Shown here: positions 1 through 9,215 of the stretch, piece after piece
Layout of the letters: each line of letters opens with the position of its first letter
How positions within the stretch are numbered: position 1 is the first letter of the stretch
Assembly (NCBI GenBank): GCA_963728405.1
Contig: CAVSJV010000003.1
Coordinates: forward strand, 224,001-288,000
DNA length: 64,000 bases
Source of the DNA: Methanomassiliicoccaceae archaeon
Lineage (GTDB): Archaea > Thermoplasmatota > Thermoplasmata > Methanomassiliicoccales > Methanomassiliicoccaceae
Reading direction: 5' to 3'
Program-made: the position numbers and the translations under genes
Notes under the pieces: generated by a model
Told to the model about the DNA's origin: nothing
The model's database searches: none
Seen by the model: only the letters and a program-made list of their open reading frames with translations

Positions 1-1
1 G

Positions 2-1000
2 TCATTGGCGGTGATGTCCTTGCGGACCCCGCCCAGCACAGTTGACAGAACGAAGCAGGCGGGAGCCGGTGAGACACTCGTTAAGGTTGAGGGCCCTCTC
101 CCTCAACAGATAACCGTTGGCCGCGGGTACGCTGAAGGCGGTGTCGAGGGCTATGCCCGACAGATCTCCGAAAAGGTTGTAGAGTCGCTCCATCTCCAGC
201 AGCACGGTCCGGATGTACTCGGCCCTCTCCGGGGCCGGGGAGGAAGCGAGCTTCTCCACCGCCTGGCAGTAGGCGGTCGAATGGGCGACGGAATTATCTC
301 CCGAGACCCGCTCGGCCAGGAAGATACCATTATTGTACGGTGTTCGCTCCGAAAGCTTCTCGATCCCTTTGTGCACGTAGCCCATCCTGATCTCTAGGTT
401 GATTATCGGTTCCCCGGCCACCGAGAAGCGGAAGTGCCCCGGTTCGATGACCCCGGCGTGCACCGGCCCCACTGGGATCTCGTAGACTCCCTCCCCTTCG
501 ACCTTGGTATATGGATATTCGCTCTTGGCGAAGGGGACCCTGGTCCCGGGCAAGAAGTCCTTGCGGAGGGGGTAGAACCCGATCGGCCAATTGTCGTAGA
601 GAACCAGGGGTCGGGGGTCCGGATGGCCCGTAGCCACCAGTCCGAACAGGTCCTGCATCTCCCGCTCGTACCAGTTCGCGGAATTGACATGCGGGGTCAG
701 GGAGTCAAAGTAACGGCTGCCTGGGTCCAGCAATGATATGATGGTCACGAATATGTTCTCGCCCTTGGGTGCCAGAACAGCATAGACCTTGAAGCACTGG
801 TCGACCTCCCGCTCATCCGTGGCGTGGAGTGTGATCAGGCGGGCCTCATAGGCCTTACAGAGATGCCTGGTCAGAGGGATCAATAGGTCCTTCTTTACGG
901 CCAGGCGCAGCTCGTTCCGCTCGATGATCGAGAAGTGCACTCCCGGCACCAGCTCAGGGGGCAGGTGGTGTAGGATGGCCTTGAGGCGGTCGGTGCTCAT
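2..1000 (-). CDS. Hyf/Ehr-type complex large subunit (NuoC+NuoD-like fusion, HyfG/EhrL); 3' end runs off the window; probable frameshift near 40
   Basis: N-terminal NuoC-like [20 protein letters not shown], then NuoD-like [24 protein letters not shown]; L1 motif reads ERVSGDNS (no Cys). Confidence 0.85.
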   Translation of the reverse strand: MSTDRLKAILHHLPPELVPGVHFSIIERNELRLAVKKDLLIPLTRHLCKAYEARLITLHATDEREVDQCFKVYAVLAPKGENIFVTIISLLDPGSRYFDSLTPHVNSANWYEREMQDLFGLVATGHPDPRPLVLYDNWPIGFYPLRKDFLPGTRVPFAKSEYPYTKVEGEGVYEIPVGPVHAGVIEPGHFRFSVAGEPIINLEIRMGYVHKGIEKLSERTPYNNGIFLAERVSGDNSVAHSTAYCQAVEKLASSPAPERAEYIRTVLLEMERLYNLFGDLSGIALDTAFSVPAANGYLLRERALNLNECLTGSRLLRSVNCAGRGPQGHHRQ

Positions 1001-2464
1001 TGCCCCCCTCCAAGGAACAGCTGAGCTATCTGGTTAAGCGCGTCGTTTAGGAACAAGGGCATGTACAGGCCCAGCGCGAGGATCGCGATCAGGAGGATGG
1101 ACATTATTGCCAGGTTGGTGTTGCCCTTCTCCCCCTTGGGCTCCGACCCTCCGCTCTCACCGAACACCATGCGGCCGACGTGATACATGAGCGCCGCGAA
1201 GATCACGGCCAAGAGGGCCAGGTAGAGCGCGGCTCCCAGCCAGTTGCTGGAGTCGAGCCCTCCTACCAGGATCATGAACTCGCTCAAGAACAAGGAGAAC
1301 GGCGGGCAACCGGTGATGGCCAGCGCCCCTCCGATGAACAGGCACGCGGTCACCGGCAGAACCTTGATCAGACCGTGAACCTGGTCGATCTCCTTGGTCT
1401 TCAGCCGCTGCAGGATGTTGCCCGCGCCGAAGAACAACAGGGTCTTGGTCAGAGTATGATTGAGCATGTGGAACAACGCGCCGAAGATGCCCCAGAACCC
1501 TCCGAAGCCGAACCCGATGGCGATGATGCCCATATGTTCGATGGACGAGTAGGCTAGCATCCGTTTGTAATCCCGCGACTGTGATGATGAACGCCGCCGC
1601 GGTGCCCAGGGAGATTATGCCGAACAGGAGCAGCAGGCCACCAGAGAAGCCCGGCCCAAGGGAAGAGCCGGACACGATCATATGGAATCGGAGGATGCCA
1701 TACATGGCACAGTTCAACAACACCCCTGACAGGAGGGCCGACACCGGGGTGGGCGCCTGGGAGTGGGCGTCCGGGAGCCAGGTGTGCATGGGAGCCAGGC
1801 CGACCTTGGTGCCGTAACCGATGAGGACGAAGATGAAGGAGATCTTGAGCAGGTCGGGGTTCAGCGAGCCGGCCGCTGCCATGAGGGTGGACCAGTTGAG
1901 GGCCGTGGATGACTCCCCCAGAGCCTGGATCGAGGAAGCGTAGATTATGATCGTGCCCAGTAAGGCCAATGTGATCCCGACCGAACAGATGATGAGGTAC
2001 TTCCAGGCTGCCTCGATCGATGTTTCCCGATCGTACAGACCTACCAGGTAGGCGGACGCCAGCGTGGTGCCCTCGATAGCGATCCACATGATGCCCAAGT
2101 TATTGGACACACACACCAGGAGCATGGTGAAGACGAACAATTGGAAGAAGATGTAGTAGTTGCGGAGCTTCAGGTCGGTGATCTCCCCCTCCTCGTGCTC
2201 CCGGCCAATGTAGGAGATCGAGTAGATGACCGCCAGGAGGCCCACCAAGGAGACCAGCATGAGAATGTAGGCCGAGAAGGCATCCATGTACAGGAGGTCC
2301 TCGTCCAGCGTACCTTGGGCGAATGCCTCGTAGGACAGATAGGTGGCAAATAGGAGGGTGGCGGCCGAACCGGCCACAGCCACCCCCTCCACGAGCCTCC
2401 TCCTCCGCAACGGATAGCACAACGCGGCGGCGATGAGGGGGATCAGCAGCAAGTACTCGATCAA
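997..2464 (-). CDS. hyfF: Hydrogenase-4 component F-like antiporter subunit; split by a frameshift at ~1580
   Basis: ORFs 1157..2464 and 997..1560 join into one NuoL/M/N-family protein: [47 protein letters not shown]. Confidence 0.85.
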
Positions 2465-3126
2465 TCCCGCAGCCTCCTGAGGATAGTGGTGTCCACGCTA
2501 TCGAACGTCTTGTTGATGCGGAAGGCGAACAGACCCATGATGATGACGGCCACCAGCACGTCGAAGAATATGCCGAGTTCAACGATCATGGGCATTCCGT
2601 AGGTGACGGAAATAGCCGCCAGGAAGATACCGTTCTCCATGGTCAACAGACCCATGATCTGAGTGATGGCCTTCTTCCGCGAGATCATGATGAAAAAGCC
2701 GATCAGGACGACGGCCAGTGAGATGGCCAGGCAGTTCTTTGTGAGCGTGGTAATCGCACCACTGGTGAAGATTATGGGCTGGGCGATATAGAACGCCACA
2801 ATGGTCAGGACCCCGCACAGCAATAGGGACAGGGGGATGCCCACTAAGGGTTCCACCTCCTTGTCAGTCTTGATCTTATCCATGACGTAGAGGAGCACCC
2901 AGGGGATGACCGCTCCCTTGAGGCCGAGAGTGAGCACCGCCACTATGTAGATGTGGGGGGCATCGGCGAAGTAGGCGACCGCTAGGGCCAGGAGGCCCAG
3001 GGCCACCGACTGGAGGGCAAACAGGCGGACAAGGGAGAGCATACGATTGCTGGCAACTGCGATGAACGCCGTCACCAGAATAGCGGCGGCAAGGGTGTCG
3101 ATGATGCTGACCATAGAGAATGCCAC
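2461..3126 (-). CDS. hyfE: Hydrogenase-4 component E-like membrane subunit
   Basis: Hydrophobic 221 aa with SRKKAITQIMGLLTMENG..ELGIFFDVL; operon position. Confidence 0.85.
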   Translation of the reverse strand: MAFSMVSIIDTLAAAILVTAFIAVASNRMLSLVRLFALQSVALGLLALAVAYFADAPHIYIVAVLTLGLKGAVIPWVLLYVMDKIKTDKEVEPLVGIPLSLLLCGVLTIVAFYIAQPIIFTSGAITTLTKNCLAISLAVVLIGFFIMISRKKAITQIMGLLTMENGIFLAAISVTYGMPMIVELGIFFDVLVAVIIMGLFAFRINKTFDSVDTTILRRLRD

Positions 3127-4062
3127 TCAGGCCACCCCCAAGATATAGAACGATATCACTGCCAGTAGCGCCAGGATGAACGCCACAGTGAGCAGGTTGG
3201 GCAAGCGGAACAGACGCATCTTGGCGATGGACGACTCCACCAGGGCGATCACCATCGCCAGGAAGATTACCTTGAGCAGGAAGAACAACAGGCCGCCGGC
3301 CAGAGCCAGGACAGAGACTTCGTTGGCTATCCCCCAGGGGAAGAAGACGTTGGCGAGGATGGAGAGGAAGATGACCAGCTTGGTCATCGACGCCAGTTCC
3401 ATGAGCGCTAGCTGCTTGCCGGAGTACTCTAGGAGCATGGCCTCGTGGATCATGGTCAGCTCCAAGTGGGTGGCCGGGTTGTCGAAGGGGACCCGGGCAT
3501 TCTCCGCCAGGGTGGCGATGAAGAACGCTGCGGCGGCCAGGAACAGGGAGGGGGTGACCAGGTCAAGGCCACTGGACGCGATCTGGCCGGAGATTATTCC
3601 CAGGGAGGTCGACCCTGCCACCAAGGCCATGGCGAAGATGGAGAGCAGCATGGTTGGCTCCACGATGGAGGAAATATACATCTCTCGACTGGAGCCCATT
3701 CCCCCAAATGTAGAGCCGGCGTCTAAGGCGGAGAGGGCCATGAAGAACCGCATCATCGCTAGGAGGTAGATGAGCACGATGAGATCGCCCACGAAGCCGA
3801 AGGTGCGGGCATAGAGCACTGGGACCAGCAGGGCGGCGATGGTGACCGCGGCCATGCAGACGTACGGGGTCAGGTTGAAGAGCCAGGAGGCCTCGTTGGA
3901 GATCACCGAACCCTTGGAGAACAGCTTCCGCAGATCATAGTATGGCTGGAAGATACTGGGGCCCTGCCGGCTCTGCAGGATGGCCTTGGTCTTGCGGATC
4001 AAACCGGTGATTAGGGGGGCGATGACCAGGACCAATAAGAACTGGAGGAGCTCAAGGATCAT
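3127..4062 (-). CDS. hyfC: NuoH/HyfC/HycD-family membrane subunit
   Basis: QSRQGPSIFQPYYDLRKLFSK, ENARVPFD, EAMLLEYSG motifs. Confidence 0.88.
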   Translation of the reverse strand: MILELLQFLLVLVIAPLITGLIRKTKAILQSRQGPSIFQPYYDLRKLFSKGSVISNEASWLFNLTPYVCMAAVTIAALLVPVLYARTFGFVGDLIVLIYLLAMMRFFMALSALDAGSTFGGMGSSREMYISSIVEPTMLLSIFAMALVAGSTSLGIISGQIASSGLDLVTPSLFLAAAAFFIATLAENARVPFDNPATHLELTMIHEAMLLEYSGKQLALMELASMTKLVIFLSILANVFFPWGIANEVSVLALAGGLLFFLLKVIFLAMVIALVESSIAKMRLFRLPNLLTVAFILALLAVISFYILGVA

Positions 4063-6128
4063 CGGAGCACCACCAGCAGTACGAGGAGAACGATGAAGAT
4101 GTAGGCCAGGTAGGCCTGGATGCTACCCCTCTGGATGATGCTCGCCCGGCGGGCCAGGAGCACCGCAAAGACCGAGATAGGAGCATAGAGGTAACGCTCG
4201 ATGACCGGTTCGATGGTCCGTGAGAAGGAGATCCGGCGCTTGATGAGCGCGGATGTGGTGTACTCGGTCTTGATCTCAGTATGGGGTCGGTAGATCGACC
4301 TGAACACGCGGTTGATCGGCTCGGAGAACCCAGTGGCAGTATACTCGGTCCTCGAGGTCAGCGGTGTTCCGCAGTCCCAGGTGTCGCCCTTCTGCACCTC
4401 CCTCTTCCCCCCTAGCCGCCTCGAGATCAGGAGGGTAGCGGGGACCAGGAACAATAGTAGGGCACCGATGACCAGCGGGCTCATGCTGGAGAATTCTCCG
4501 GCCGGTGGGCTGAGAACCAGGCCGTTGACCAGCTTAGAGGCTATGCTCACTCCCAGCACCGACGAGGTGACCCCGTCGATCTGCGGGATGATGAAGACCG
4601 ACAATACGCCCATGAGCACGCACAGGGCGGCGGCGATGCCCATACCCACCAGCATCGTCCGGGGCACCTCACGGGCCTCCGCGGCTTGTTCACTGCGGGG
4701 CCTGGCCAGGAAGGATATGCCGAAGAGGCGCACGAAGCAGGCGGCCGCCAGAGCACCAGTGAGGGCCAGGACCCCCACGGCCACCGGTATGAGCAAGTTG
4801 ACCATCGGATCGTTGATATTGGGGGTGAGCAGCAGAGCCTGGAACATCAGCCACTCGCTGACGAACCCGTTAAACGGAGGGATGGCAGATATGGACAACG
4901 CCCCCACGAAGAACAGGATGCCGGTCCACTTCATTCGCTTTACCAGGCCGCCGAGCTCTTCGATGTTCCTAGTGTGGGTGGCATACATGATCGCCCCCGC
5001 GCCCATGAACAGCAAGCCTTTGAACAGGGAGTGGGCCAGTGTGTGGAAGAGAGCGGCGATTAGCGCCAGGGCCGCGAGATCGGCCAAATAGGCGTGGGTC
5101 GTGCTGTCGGCCAAGTAATAGGATTGGAACACCATGGCCGCGCCGAGGGCGATGAAGATAAGACCGACGTTCTCGACCGTCGAGTAGGCCAGAGCACGCT
5201 TGATGTCCTTCTCCATCAGAGCGTACAGTATCCCCAGTAGCGCGGAGATGCACGCCATCAAGAGGATCAGTAGCCCCCACCAGGTGTCCCACACCCCAAG
5301 GAAGTCAAAGTAGCAGCGGATGAGCATGTAGACGGCGGTCTTGACCATGACCCCGGACATCAGGGCCGATATGTTGGACGGAGCAGCCGGATGGGCTCGG
5401 GGCAACCACACATGGAGGGGGACCAAACCCGCCTTGGTGCCAAAGCCCACGAAGAGTAGGATGAACGCCGCCGCGCGAGCCAACCCAGGGACCGCACCCG
5501 CGGTGGAGCCCAGCTGCTGGAAAGCGGAGAAGTCGAAGGAGCGCTCGCCGGGCGTGTATAGCCACATTATCACGAAGGCCACGGCGATAAGGGCGGTGCC
5601 GATGTGGGTCATGACCACGTAGAGCAGACCGGAGGAGATGCTGTCCTGGTTTCGGTTCTCGTACACCACTAGAAGATAGGACGAGATGGACATCGTCTCC
5701 CATAGTATCAGGAACAGAACGGCATTGCTAGCGGTGACCACCAGCATCAGGGAAAGGAGGAAGATGTTGAAGAGGAACCCCATCTTGCCCGCGCTGTAGT
5801 GCCCTTCATACTCCTTGGTGTAGCTGATCGAATATGTGGCTACACAGACAGAAAGGACCGAGATGGTCAGGAGGAAGAAGGCCGACAGCCTGTCTATGGT
5901 GAAGGAGAAGTGACCAAGGGCCATGATGGTGCTGGGCATGGTCACAACGATGGTGTTGCCACCCAGGATCACCTCCAGGGACACCACTAGTCCCAGAACG
6001 GAGGAGATGAGGGCGGTACCGAAGGAGATGAGGCGACATAGGTTTTCTTTCTTGTTCAACAGCGCCGCGGCCGCCGCTCCCGCCAGCGAAATAATGATAA
6101 GCAGTACGAAGAGGTCATGGCCGTACAT
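4059..6128 (-). CDS. hyfB: Hydrogenase-4 component B-like antiporter subunit
   Basis: GFGTKAGLVPLHVWLPRAHPAAPSNISALMSG, KRALAYSTVENVG, TWDCG motifs. Confidence 0.88.
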   Translation of the reverse strand: MYGHDLFVLLIIISLAGAAAAALLNKKENLCRLISFGTALISSVLGLVVSLEVILGGNTIVVTMPSTIMALGHFSFTIDRLSAFFLLTISVLSVCVATYSISYTKEYEGHYSAGKMGFLFNIFLLSLMLVVTASNAVLFLILWETMSISSYLLVVYENRNQDSISSGLLYVVMTHIGTALIAVAFVIMWLYTPGERSFDFSAFQQLGSTAGAVPGLARAAAFILLFVGFGTKAGLVPLHVWLPRAHPAAPSNISALMSGVMVKTAVYMLIRCYFDFLGVWDTWWGLLILLMACISALLGILYALMEKDIKRALAYSTVENVGLIFIALGAAMVFQSYYLADSTTHAYLADLAALALIAALFHTLAHSLFKGLLFMGAGAIMYATHTRNIEELGGLVKRMKWTGILFFVGALSISAIPPFNGFVSEWLMFQALLLTPNINDPMVNLLIPVAVGVLALTGALAAACFVRLFGISFLARPRSEQAAEAREVPRTMLVGMGIAAALCVLMGVLSVFIIPQIDGVTSSVLGVSIASKLVNGLVLSPPAGEFSSMSPLVIGALLLFLVPATLLISRRLGGKREVQKGDTWDCGTPLTSRTEYTATGFSEPINRVFRSIYRPHTEIKTEYTTSALIKRRISFSRTIEPVIERYLYAPISVFAVLLARRASIIQRGSIQAYLAYIFIVLLVLLVVLR

Positions 6129-6375
6129 CAGAGAACCACCTGGGTGAACGGCATTTCGTTGTCTTGTTTCGGTATCGTTCTAAAGGCCTACCCTTTTGTC
6201 GGGCAAAACGCTTGGCTATCTTAAACATTTCGATATCGCCCCTGAAACCAAATAGTGAACGCGGCCGCCCCACAGTTCTTGGGCAAAAAGATGTGAACAC
6301 CGATTTGGTCCGGCGACGCCGCTGGGGAAGATATATAAAGACTGATGCCGGTTCTAAGATATTAGAGGGAAGGGA

Positions 6376-6921
6376 ATGGGTTCTGAGAGAAGCAACTGGA
6401 AGGGAGACGAGCTTACCCTAAATCGCCAGCTGGGCATACTCGCAGCGGCTGTCAATGTAGAGACCTACGGTCGGGACTTCTATCTGAGGATGAGCGAATG
6501 CATCAAGGACAAAGAAGGCAAGCTGATCCTAAAGAGTCTGGCCGGGGATGAGCAGGAGCACCGGGCCTGGTTGACCCGACAGATCGACCGCATCTTCCCG
6601 GGCAAGGATGCCTCCTCCATCACCCCGGACCCACTATATGCCGGGATCGTGCCTCAGAAAGTGTTCCCCGACCTGGCCCCTGGAGCGTGTCTCTCTGTCG
6701 AGGATGAAGTCAAGGGAGTGGAGGCGGCCATCGAGATCGAGAAGGCCTCCATCCGCATGTACACCGAGGTCGCCGACCTGGCCAAGGACCTGGAGCTGAA
6801 GATGCTCATGCAGCGCCTGGCCCACTGGGAGAAGGGGCACCAGAAGATCTTGGAGGACAACCTTCATTACCTAAAAAGTGGAGGGAGCTGGTACGGATAT
6901 ACTCCCATTTTAGATGGGTAA
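6376..6921 (+). CDS. Rubrerythrin/ferritin-like di-iron protein
   Basis: Two E..FY / ExxH repeats (DEQEH, WEKGH). Confidence 0.8.
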   Translation: MGSERSNWKGDELTLNRQLGILAAAVNVETYGRDFYLRMSECIKDKEGKLILKSLAGDEQEHRAWLTRQIDRIFPGKDASSITPDPLYAGIVPQKVFPDLAPGACLSVEDEVKGVEAAIEIEKASIRMYTEVADLAKDLELKMLMQRLAHWEKGHQKILEDNLHYLKSGGSWYGYTPILDG

Positions 6922-7099
6922 ACCCCCTCCCGATCCCTTTCTTCATAGCCCCGATGGTGCGGGCCGTGGCCCTAGCTGGACAATGCATCAGGGGCAGGTC
7001 TGTTCCGTCGATAGTTATAAGAAGTTTTCTTCCATACAGTCGTTCCATAATCGCTCTTAACAGGAGATATAACGCTCTCCAATTCACCGAGGTGCACCG

Positions 7100-8382
7100 A
7101 TGGTAAAGATGCCGGAGATCAACAGAGAACTTCTTGCCTGTCTACAGTGCGGATACTGCGTGCGCGTCTGCCCCGCTTATGAGCAGACACCGTGGGAATC
7201 CGTCACTCCACGCGGAAAGGTATACTACTTGAACCAATTAGCCAAGCGCTCCCCGGTGGACGCTCTCCTAGGCCGCAAGGTCAAGGTCGACGAGGAGTTC
7301 GTCGATGCGCTGTTCCGTTGCACTGGCTGCGCCCAGTGCGAGACGGTCTGTCATGTCAGCATCGAATTCGCCGACTTCTGGGAGAAGGTCAGGGAGTGGG
7401 TTGTGGACCAGGGCAAGGGACCGCTGCCTGTACATGCTAAACTGGCCGAGAGGATCAAGGAGACTCGGAATCCCTACGGCGAGCCGGTCGAGAAAACGTG
7501 GCGACTGGTGGCCTGCGGAGATCCCTCACGTCGGCCCGCCCAGACGTCATATTCTTCGCCGGATGCACTGGCTCTTACAGGATGCAGAAGATCGCCAAGG
7601 CCGGCGCGACCGTGCTGTCCAGGGCCGGGGTCAAGCTGGACATCCTGGGAGGAGATGAATGGTGCTGCACCTCTCCCGCCCTTAGAACCGGCCAGACCGG
7701 TCTCACCACCGAGTTCGCCGAGCACAACATCCGGGCTGTAGAGACCAGAGGGGCCAAGTCCATGGTCACCACCTGCGCGGGATGCTTCAAGACCACCTCC
7801 CACGACTACGGCAAGTACTTCGCGAACCCCAGCTTCCCGGTGTACCACTTCTCGCAGTTCGTAGGACAGCTCATCAAGGACAAGAAGCTCAAATTCACCA
7901 AGGAGATCAAAGCCAAGATCACCTACCATGACCCCTGCCACCTGGGACGCCATGGCGGCGTGTTCGAGGAGCCGAGGGAGGTCCTGAAGAAGATCCCCGG
8001 TGTAGAGCTAGTAGAGATGCCCCGCAACCGCATGGGCTCCCGCTGCTGCGGCGCGGGAGGCGGCTACAAGAGTGCCTTCAACGACCTGGCCGTGAACATC
8101 GCCGCGGAGAGGGTCAAGGAGGCCGTGGCCACCGGCGCGGACATACTGGTCACCACCTGTCCGTTCTGCGTCGTGAACCTGCAGGCGGGCGCCAAGCAAA
8201 TCGGGGCCAAGATCAAGGTCATGGACATCTCCGAGCTGCTGATGGAAGCCACCGATCCTAGCGCCGCACCAGCCGCCGGCGAGAGCGCCAAGGCCGCCGA
8301 GCCGAAGGCCGCCCGGGCCCCCAAGGCCGAGGGTGCGGCTAAGACCCCCGTTCCGGAGAAAGCCTCCGCTCAGAACGCCTGA
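7100..8382 (+). CDS. HdrD/GlpC-like Fe-S oxidoreductase (2x[4Fe-4S] plus two CCG domains); frameshifts at ~7495 and ~7535
   Basis: CLQCGYCVRVCP, CTGCAQCETVC, EWCC, TTCAGC, YHDPCHLGR, CCGAGGG, TTCPFC; Ala/Lys/Pro-rich tail. Confidence 0.85.
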
Positions 8383-8555
8383 ACAAACACCTTAACTCAT
8401 TTTTCATTTATTTAGCGGCCCCCAGGCCGACCCATCGCCGCCCCGCATGGTCAAGCATACCAACCCGTTGCTCCTATGTCAGAGGGGGCGCAGGCCTAAG
8501 ACCTCGCACGACCAGGGTCTAGCCTACCCCATCACTTGATGGGGTACAGTCCCAG

Positions 8556-9150
8556 GTGAGGCATGCTCCGTATTCTCTCGATCTCAACAGGTATCCCCGC
8601 GAATGGGTCCCTCTAAGCATCGTCATCAGGGACGCGGGGGGGCGAGGTAGGTTGCTCCAACAGTATTTCTATCACTGCGGTCAAGGCCGCCTCCTACGGC
8701 GTCCCTGGCATACTCTGGTACCTTGTTCTCATCTCTCCCGCGGCAGGGGCCTTCTTGGCTGGATTGATCATGTATCGTTTCAATCCAGAGGCCGCTGGCC
8801 AGGATATGAGCTGCGTCAACGACGCCTTGGACTACCAGGAGGGAGAGATCCCGCCCCGCATCGTTCCGGTGAAGTTGGCCGTCACCGTCCTAGCCGTTGG
8901 CTCCGGCGGGGGAGCGGGAGGGAGCCATAGCGTAGATGTGTGGCGAGGTGGCTTCCCTCCTGGACTAGCGCCTGCGCCATGAGGATCTCAAGAAAGAGAT
9001 GACCTACAAGGGCACCCCCCGGCGGCGGTGGTCGGTCCGGTCGGGGTCATGGGTCTGTTCAGCTTCGAGGAGGTCCTGGGCATCCTCGGTTACATCTGCC
9101 CGCCCATGGACATCATCAGGTGCCCCATGGCCGAGACCTGCAAGGGGTCG
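8556..9150 (+). pseudogene. Decayed, truncated CLC chloride channel/antiporter gene
   Basis: Fragments in several frames: PEAAGQD, IPPRIVPVKL..LAVGSGG, GREP; far shorter than a CLC and contains stops. Confidence 0.6.
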
Positions 9151-9215
9151 GCTTCCGGACCATCTGACGATACTTTGAAATAGGCACATAACTTCGATAA
9201 AAAAGACACCTGGAC

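Noticed and set aside
8415-8445. Fluoride riboswitch-like GGCGATGG near the CLC remnant
   Set aside because: It is on the opposite strand to the CLC gene and the rest of the consensus is missing.
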